62,525 nucleotides of DNA from Candidatus Omnitrophota bacterium (GTDB lineage Bacteria; Omnitrophota; Omnitrophia; Omnitrophales; Aquincolibacteriaceae): positions 1-62,525 of the forward strand of contig PLLJ01000037.1 of assembly GCA_003140935.1 (NCBI GenBank). The letters are read 5' to 3'. The translations under genes were made by a program, and so were the position numbers. Of this stretch, positions 17,437-26,700 are shown one piece after another (the first letter of the stretch is position 1; every line of letters starts with the position of its first letter). The notes under the pieces are model-generated. The model saw only the letters and a list, made by a program, of their open reading frames with translations. It was not told the DNA's origin and made no database searches.

Positions 17437-17709
17437 GCAATCCCAATGCGAAGAGGCACGCTCGTGAGACGAAACGGGCAAGGTGACGGACAGGAATCGT
17501 CTCTCGACACCGGCTGTTCCCTCGCTCCTGCGGCGAGTGCCAGCCTGCGCTCTCGCTAATGGGATCCGCTCCTTTTGAGCGGAACCGAGCTCCCATCAGC
17601 TCCGAGAGCTGTCTCGTTACGATTCCTGTCCGTCGAGTGAAGTCGAACGTGCGAGCGAGGATCGCCTCGCTGGGGCGATCTGAGCGTTGACGATGCGCAT
17701 TGGGATTGC
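17437..17709. other. About 273-nt GC-rich rod-like inverted repeat immediately downstream of the giant ORF (candidate structured RNA)
   Basis: Outer stem is GCAATCCCAATGCG (17437-17450) with CGCATTGGGATTGC (17696-17709). A perfect 16-bp inner stem is GACGGACAGGAATCGT (17485-17500) with ACGATTCCTGTCCGTC (17619-17634). Further nested stems are CTCTCG/CGAGAG, GCTAATGGGA/TCCCATCAGC and CCGCTC/GAGCGG, plus a side hairpin GATCGCC/GGCGATC. Confidence 0.5.
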
Positions 17710-17736
17710 TTCCGGAATAAAGGTTGGAACAATGAA

Positions 17737-20700
17737 TTAAGCTGCTACGGCGAAGGCGAGAGTGGCGTTATAACTTCTCTGAAGGGCGTTCACGAAGGAC
17801 TCGGCCACGATCCAGAATCCATCCCGGCCCTGGCTTATTTCCCGCAGCCGCGCATCTTCCCCGCCGGACCACGCCCAAAGAAGCGCTGCCGCCAGGGTCC
17901 CGCCGTTTTGCCCCTGCGTTTTAAAGAAAGAGACTCTCTTTCTCAAACGCTGGACCAACTTCTGGGATGGAAGGATCTTTTTTGAAAGATGAATGTTCGG
18001 CGTGCCTGGCCGGTCAAAACTGATCTGAGCCCCGGCAAGGTCCCTGTCGGTCCTCGTCACGCGATCAAGCTTCAGCAAAGCACCAAGCTCTTTATCTTGC
18101 ACTCGGCCGCGCTCGTTATAGACCACGATCCGGACCCCCCGGCCGGAAAGCGCCGCGTAAAAATATTCGTTCTTCTGAGCCACAGAAAGATTCGGAAAAT
18201 CCTCGGCGTCCACGAACACCGTCGCCGTCTGCGTGCCCTTGCGGATCGCCTTCACCATCCGGTCCGTCCTGTCCCCGCGAACCTCCGAACGGCGGTCTTG
18301 AACCACGGATGATGTTTCCGGGATAACGCTAGGTGTGTTCGTTCCCCGTTCCCCGTTCCCCGTTCCCCCGGATATTTCTTCCACTCCTCCCTGCACCTGT
18401 GGCGCAGTCCGCATCTCGGAGCGACCTGTTTGTGCTCTCCGATAGACGTTCCGGATCTCCGAACGGGCTGGACCTGTTGCATCGGGCGCTGAAGACTCAA
18501 GAGCAGCGCATAGATTATGAATGACTGTGAACATGGCTTCGATATCTTCGTTTTTAAATCCATAGAAATCGATCAGATCTTGCCGTTTCTTTTCGATGTA
18601 TTCGATCACGTTCTTTTCATTTCGTCCTTCGTCAGAAGCAAGGGTTTGCGCGCCTTTTGTCTTATACATCTCCGGTCCCCGATTGACCAGGAACTGCCAG
18701 GCAAGGTCGACCAGCCCATCGATCCTGTGTTTACCATCATTCATCGAAGCTATCCGCTCTTCTAGTTGAAGGTTGGGATCATAGAATCGATTACCCAACC
18801 CGGGCCCGTCTGATGTGTCCGCGATCCCGATCTTGGCTTTATTTTTCCAAAGCGCATAGATCCTATCCGGGTCAAGCGCTGCGGAAAGGTTATCAGCATC
18901 ATGAAGGAGCTTGGCCCCGAATGATAGTTCTTGCAGGAGCTTTTTCAAATGTCCATCGAGGACTCTCATGACCCCCTTGATCTCCTCCTCGTTCAAACTG
19001 CCGTCTTTTTTCAGTATCGATTTCATCCAGATGATGGAATTGAGGTCATGGTGTTCGCGATAAAGGATATTCGATAGATCATGGAAAATAACCGCGTAAC
19101 ATAGGGCCTTGGGATCGACTTCTACCGCCGAAAAACCGCCGCGATTCTCCGCTTTAATGATTTTCAAGCAATAGAGCAAGTCGTCCAGGCTATGAGAAAA
19201 GCCATGCCCCGACACGAAGGTCCTATCCTTATAAAACCGGCTGAAAAGGTGCGCCGGAATCCAGCGCTGAATGACCCTCATACATTCTTTGATCGTGGCT
19301 ATCACCGTTTCCGGATTCTCCCCGATCGCATGAAGTACGTTCCGAATCTCCTTGTCATAATCCTTGTCAGAATCCGAAGGCAGCGATATGTCCGAATCTG
19401 GCTGGGGTTTATCCGCGACAAGGCTGGAAAAGAGCTGCCCTTCTTTTGCTTCATTCGTCAAAAATCTTTTTTGCAGATCGGAGATCTTCTTATCATCAAG
19501 GTCACGTGCCTTGATCGTTTCTATATATTTTTCCAATGTGCCGATCTCCCGCGCTTCGGAGCTGGCGTCTTGCTGATTTAAAGCACTTTTCTGAAATAAA
19601 TAATCCTCCGGGATCTGGATATAATGTTTAAATTGATCCGGGTCTGCCCCCCCCGGATTCCACGACGGTGATTTTTCCCAAGTCCCGTCCCGTGTATAAG
19701 CCTGATTTTTATTGTTGAATAGTTTCATGGCGCGGATCCGGATGATCGAGTAGTCCTTCAGCTCATCCTTCATGACACTGTAAACACCCGGATCGTCTGT
19801 AAGCAGCGACTGAAAGAAAGTGTGCCCGCTATAGATCACTAATTTTTTCCCGGTTTCCAAAGCTCCGCGCAAATTTTCAGCCATCAGACCGATCTCATAA
19901 GCGTCATATTCATCCGGCAATATCACATCTTCTTCATTTACCTCAATCTGCCCGGAAAGCCATGGGAAATCCTTACCTCGGGATAAGCGCCCCGCCAAAT
20001 ACGATTTTCCAAAACCCGATCCTCCTTCGATCACCAACAAAACACGAGAATCGAGCGTCCGGATAATATCCCCCAGCTTTCGGATCCCTGCTTCATATTC
20101 GTAGGTATCTTGAAGGGACCTCGGATCAACACCTTCCCTAAGAAACATATCGATTTCACTCGCCGATATGCCTTTATCACCCATGACATCACCGCTCCGC
20201 GCCTCAGAGCGCGCGGAGGAAAGCCACTGCTCTTCGTCTTTATTTCTATCCGTCGCTTCCAGATACCGGCGGATCAACCCATTACCGCTCACTTCATTGA
20301 TGTCCACTAAAACGGATAACAGGCCGTCATAAAATCCGACCAGGATCCCGTATTTTTCAAATATTCGGATCGCCAGCTGATCCATTTTTTTTTGATATTT
20401 TCCATCATAGAGGTAAGGCGCTATAACGAGATCAAGATCCGAAGGCGATTTTTTCCCCCGCCGAAGCCCCGCGGCTACGTCGGCGTTTTGTTTAAGAAGA
20501 AGTCCGATCCGCGTCCTCTCGGGTCTTGAAGCAAAACTTCCCGCAAGCCAGAACCCCTGATTTTTGAGGGGAATCCCGGCCTCCTGCCATAACTGCCGGA
20601 GGCCCGTTACCGCCTCGTTCAATGCGGCCTGGTATTGGACAAGCGCAATAGACACTCCCAACTCACTCAAAGGCTGCCCGCTCTCGTCAAAATGATCCCC

Positions 20701-23700
20701 ATATTTCTCGACGATCTCGCGACGAGGCATTGCTCCGAATTGCCTCGTAATTTGAAGGGTTCTGTCCTCCGCGGAAATATTCCGCATCTCGGAGCGGGCA
20801 GGGTCATTGCCGGTTTGCGGAAGAAGACGCGCGCGAACGGTCTGCTCCGGACGTGCGGTCTCTTCTTCTCTCAAAGAAACCGATTGAGAAAGTTTTTGGG
20901 CGATCTGTGGTGCTGCCTGATACGGAACCCGGTATTGATACCGCTCCAATATCCTCAAAACAGATTGCAGGAATTTTTCCGATTTCACTTTATTCAGGGT
21001 TGGAATTCCCGGAAACATCTCCCCAAAATCCTTGTTTAATGCTTTTACCAGAAGATCGAAATTCTGAGGATAGTCTTTCGCCAAATAATCGATCCCGTAA
21101 AGATAAAGGGTTAGCTTGGCTTGAGGGGTCAATCTTGCCAAGAGCGTTTGAACTTCTTCCGGAGGCCGGGGAACCCCTCTGTCCTTATAGAAAAGACTAT
21201 AAACAGGCCGGACCGTCATCACGTCCCGCTCGGCATTGATCGCTTTCACGATCGCCTCCGTCCCCTCCTCGACCATGAGCGTAGTATCGATCTTATTCTC
21301 GAATTTTTCATCGCCAAAACCTTCCAGGCGGACAAGCGCGTAGGGTTGTATTCGGGTAGCCCCCTCCCGTTCTAAAAGTTCCAACGATTTCGCAAGGACG
21401 CTCCCGGTCATGAAAGAGTCGTCCAGTAAAATGACCTTTTTCCCCTTCAGCGGTATCGATCCTTCGAACCCCGGCGAGTCATGCGGGATAAACCTTACTT
21501 CCCTGGACCTTTCTTCGGGATTCGTATAACCCACATTAAAATACCGTGCTTGCCGTGCCGGATTGGCGGCCACTCCCTGGTCCAGCAATCGCTGAGAAAA
21601 AATATAATGGGGAAGACCCAATGCGTCGGAAATCTTCCTGGAAAATAGGGTAACCCCGTTAGGCAACCTCACGCCGGAGAGACTGACGATCACCCAGTCC
21701 TTTTCTGATCGGCCGATCTGGCTCCCCAGATCGTCCCTTATTCGTTCGATAAGCCGATCCGAAAAATAGTCGACCGCTTTGGGATCTCCGTATTTTAATT
21801 TAGAATACAAAAGCCCCAGCTCGGATTCTGAGGGAGATCCTTTCGTGATGTTGAGCAGGATGGTGGGAGGATACCGTCCAAAGATCTCGTTCCTCATCTC
21901 ACTCCGAACCTTACCCTTCTCCAATTCTAAGGGGACAAAACCGGCTTTTGACAATAGCTCGGTTTCTTTAGCGGGATTCAGGCTGGCCGCACTCACGCCC
22001 TGATCGATCTGGAGCTCGGTGAGGTCGTCCCTGTCCGGAGAGACCGTCACGGCGCCTAAGGATTCAAGGACATGCATGCTGTGATTTTCTCCGAGGACCG
22101 CGCCGACTGTGGTGATCGGACCGTTTGGTTCCCCGTAGGAAACGATCACACGGCCTTTCATCATGGCGGTCCAATGCGGAATCTGCGCGTCCTGCAGGAC
22201 TTTGACGAACTTCATGGCCGCTTTCGTGAGCTTTTCCGTGTCCGTATCTTCAAAAATGGCATGCGTAAGCTGCCAGGACTTGATCTTCGAGACCTTGACG
22301 GCATCCAGCGTGCCCTGCACCTCCGCTTCCGGCAGAAGCTTCTCGACCGGCAGGTCGATCGTCGTCACATGAATGTGAAGGTGATTGACCGTATACCAAT
22401 CGGTGTTCTGAAGGAATTTCATCCGGGGGTTTCGTTCCGCGAGGTCCAGTGAGGTTTTCATGTCCCCTGCGGTCAAAACGTTCGGCCGGACGCTCTCGGA
22501 GATCATCAGCGTGTGGAACGGCACGGTCAGGTCCATGGGCGGGACCATGTAATAGACCTTGTCCCCGGCCGCCACGGTCGCGAGGATCCCGCGCGGAACA
22601 AGGAACTTCTCTTTGATCTTGTTGAAATTAAAGTCGTCGAGGTCGAGCACCCGGACCGGCTTCAGCCCCTTGGGATTCGGGTTTTCCTGGACACGGTCCT
22701 TTCCCTTGATCGTGGGATCGAGTACCAATAAATATTTCCCGACGGGCTTCGACGGCGGGACCGGATGCGTTTGCACGTGGGCATTTCCCTGCCACGCCTG
22801 TTCAAAATATCGTTCAAAACCCTCCATGCTGAGCGGTTCGCCCTTCTGTCCCGACAGCTTCGTTTCCCGCATCTCGGAGCGGAACACGGAACGGGCATTG
22901 CGGAACGCTTGCTGATGGAATGCATTAAGTGTGGTCCATTTCGTTTGTTGATCGCCTGCGATGCTTTCTTTCCCCATCTTCACAATGACGTTTTCAATAA
23001 CCGATAGGACCTTGTCAGGGTCTTCACCCTGTTTTCTCACCTCTACCGCAGTCAATTTAACAAATTTTCTGAAGAAATCCGGCGCCTTTTCGAGCACCAA
23101 TCCCCGGATTTCCGGCACAAAGTAATAATCCGGATCACAGTTTTCTAAAAGCTTTCCTAGCAAAAACTCCAAAACGTCTGTGTGAACAGCCCATATTCTT
23201 TTTTCGCGATTCAAAATAACTCTCAAGCGTTTATTTATTTCTTGGCCTTTTTCAAAATAAAAATCGCTATCATAAAATCTGTCCGTAAAACTACAGAGTT
23301 CCACAAACCGCAACCATTTATGCTCGTCAAAAAACCGCTCGTATTTATGATAAAGCTTTCGAAAGATTCCGAAGAGAGCGTATTGAATAAATCGAATCAT
23401 TCTCACGACAAAATTCTGATCAACATTCCCTTTTAAGATGTTAAGCGGGTTCTTCCGCCACCGAATGTCCATAGTGATGCTTTTCAATCTTCCGAGATTT
23501 TCCAGCTCAATGTATGTGTCTGCATCGTGAACCAATTTCGCTCCGAGACTATCCGGCTTCGGCTTGCCTTGTCCATCATTCGCATAACCGTCCGGATAAT
23601 TTTCAGCATTATAAGTTTCGGGAACACCCCTGTGCCCGCGAATAACGTCTTTCACTTTGCCGATACGCTCATCGGTCCAACCCACACTCCTCAATATGTT

Positions 23701-26700
23701 TTCTGCAACTTTAGCTCCCTCCTCGTGATGGTTTTTCCGCTGCTCATGACCGGTAGAATCAAGGCCTTTGATATCATGTAAGAAAGCTCCTGCCGCAAGA
23801 GCTTCCCGATCCACTTCAAAGTGAAACTGATTCGCCCATTCAAAGACCTTCTTTGTCACATGCAGGCTGTGCTCAATACCGTGCTCAGCATTTTCATAAA
23901 ATTCTTTGAACTCGCTTGAGGAAAATTGCTCTTCGGACAGAGATTCGATGGCCCGCATTATTTGCTCGATCGGTCCCGTCGGAACCGTCATCCCTTTAAA
24001 GTATTCTCTCATTCGCTGAATATGTTGATCTGTTATCTTGCTCTTCTCTCGTTCTACAGGGGTTGGTCCCCGCATCTCGGAGCGGCTGGAATCCGTCCAT
24101 GGCTGCAAGACTTCCCCGCCATACTCGCGGAAAGCAAAAGTCAGTATGAGTTCGCGATAATCTTCACGAACAGGTTTTTTTATGCCTTTAGGAAGCAACT
24201 TAAGGTTGAGAAGTAAATCCGGATCGAACTGTCTTTTTAACTGTGCGAGATACTTTCCGGGCTTTATATTTCCCGGCCCCCAAATTCTTCGCATTTCACC
24301 CGTGATCGCATCTTTTTCCCGGACAGCCCGCTCGTAAGCTCCCGCTTTTTGCAGGAATTTTTGAATTTTCTTTTCGGGAATTTTACCGGCCCACATAAGG
24401 ACCTGCGACGCATAGCCCGCGCCCAAAAATTCACCCCCCTTTTTCCTCGACGGTAATTCGAGCCGATGCTGCTTATACCAATGCAGGAATGCGTCAAAAT
24501 CCTCGAACCCGGGAGCGCTTTGGATCGAGGCCGACTGCTCTGCATACTCATATCCCGAGGCGTTAAGTTGGAAACGCTTCAGTTTGTTTTCGGGGATTTT
24601 CCCGGCATGGACAAGCACCAGCACGGTCGTCCCGGCACCCAGAACTTCGGCGGGATCCTTTCGCGAGATCAATTCCGATCGATGTTCTTTATACCAACGG
24701 ATAAAAGTTTCAAAAGTTCCAAAGGAGGGCGCCTTTTGGATCACCGGGGAGTCTTGAGCATAATCATAGGCGGAAGAGTTCCTCTGAAACTCATGCAATT
24801 TCTTAGTCGAGATCTTCTGGGCGCGGACAAGGATCAAAACCACCGTCCCCGCACGAAGTGTTTCCCGGGGATTATCGCGGTAGCCCAGTTCATGCCGATG
24901 AGTTTTATACCAATCCATGAAATCTTTGAATGTTTCAAAGGACGGCGCTTCTCTAACCACATCCGAACCCTCCACATACTCGCATGCGCCGGCACTTCTT
25001 TTAAAATCCTCCACTTGATGACCCTGGATTTTTTCAGCTTGCGCAAGCACCTGGACCGCATAGGTCGCACTTAGAAACTCTTTCGCTTTGTCCCGGCTTG
25101 GAAGTTTTGACTCGTAGCGGATGTACCAACTCCAGAAATCATCAAATGTTTCCATGACAGGCGCACTTTGAATGACCGGAGATTGCTCGGCATATTCCCG
25201 CGCCCCCAGATCAAATTCGAACGATTGCTGTTGCCCTGACGGAATTTTTCCCAGCGCAGCGATCACTTGCAGTACTGTTTTTGCATGCAAAACTTCCTGA
25301 GGATTGATACCGGATAGAAATTCGGAACGGTGTTTTACGTACCAGTCCCAGAAGTCTTCGAACGCCTCAAATGACGGCGCAGGGTCAAAAAGCCCCCTGC
25401 TTTTTTCATAATGCCTCTTCGAAGAACCTTCCAAAGAATCCTCCCGCACCTCGGAGCGGGAAATGCCATCGTCGCTGAATGCGCGAGTGGCCTCCCGTAT
25501 TTCACCGACGGTAATTCCTTTTTTTCTGCCTAAAGACGGGTGATCAGGTGTGGGAGACGCCAGCATCAAACGCACCATCCAGTGCGACAAACTCACATGT
25601 TTTTCCGGGTTCAATCCATCCGTGCCATAGACCACCCCAATCTTGCTATCTGGTTCACTCCACCAGTAATTCGGATATTTTTCCCGAAGAACAAAAATCT
25701 CGTCCATCCAGCGGTCGGGACAAGATTCGACGGTGATTCCTCGTTCTTTCACTTCTCTTAAAAAAGCCTCATCGATGTCGTTCGCTGAAAACCATGCCCA
25801 ATCGCCGTCTCCCGTTCGAGTGTAGGCAACCGCTCCCTTTCCAGCAGGACTAAAGATCCGCCCGTGTCCGATCCGGTCAACGATGGGGCCAAAAGCTTTC
25901 AGGTGCGCACGAACAAACGCCTCATGCCCTTGCCGGTCCCATGCCGGCCCCGCCGCAAAAAAATCCCCGAGATGAGTCGTAATGATATACCCTGAGTCTT
26001 TGAGCTCACGAAGGTGTCCGGCCACTTCTTGCAAGTGATAAAATGGTCCGATCTCGTCTTCCTTCATAATTCGTCGCTGTTTCCCTTTACCCACTGAGAA
26101 CGACTCGACGCCGGAAATATCAATGCCCCGAAGCCGTTCGGCGTAGATCGTTTCGCCGGCGGTTCGCTTCAATTCTTTCAGGATTTCGAATTTTTTATCC
26201 CAGCCCTCTCCCCATTTAACCCCGCTCATGCGTTCCCGCGCGAACGAGAACATAAAACGGACTTTGTGATGGATCCCCCCATCCGTTCCCAAAGCACGGT
26301 CCGCTTCCTTCTCCGTATCCTCAAGCGCCTTGGAAAGTTTCGTCAGAAACTTTTTAAGATCCTCCGGCGCCAGTTGCTTTCCAACGGTTTTATAGGGATT
26401 GAATCGAAGTTCAAGGTCATAAATCCCGTCTGCGAAATTTTGGCTCGCGATATTCTGGATCACACGGATAAAGGCCGGCTGAAACAACTGCCGGGCCGTT
26501 TCCCGCATTCCCGCCTCAGGCGCATTGTCGACGATCCATCCAAGAGTATCCAGCCACACATCAAAGAGCTCTCTTTTTCCGCGTCGCGACGTTTTCATAA
26601 AATTTTCCAGTGCTTGGATCGAAATATCCTTTTCATCTGGAAACTGCTCTAAGAATTTCAAAAAAGCTCCGTGGGTAGCCGCATATTCGCCGGTCAGCTT

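Noticed and set aside
17327-17596. 89-aa minus-strand ORF downstream of the giant gene
   Set aside because: It lies within the palindromic GC-rich structure and the terminator, has no motifs and no SD, and is probably an artefact of the inverted repeat.
17437-17709. Identity of the GC-rich rod as RNase P RNA, tmRNA, SRP RNA or 6S RNA
   Set aside because: I found none of the signature strings: GGAAAGUCCGGGC and ACAGAACCCGGCUUA for RNase P, a tag ORF or tRNA-like end for tmRNA, or a GGAA-tetraloop domain IV for SRP. A 6S-like rod cannot be excluded, but the size and context do not fit well.
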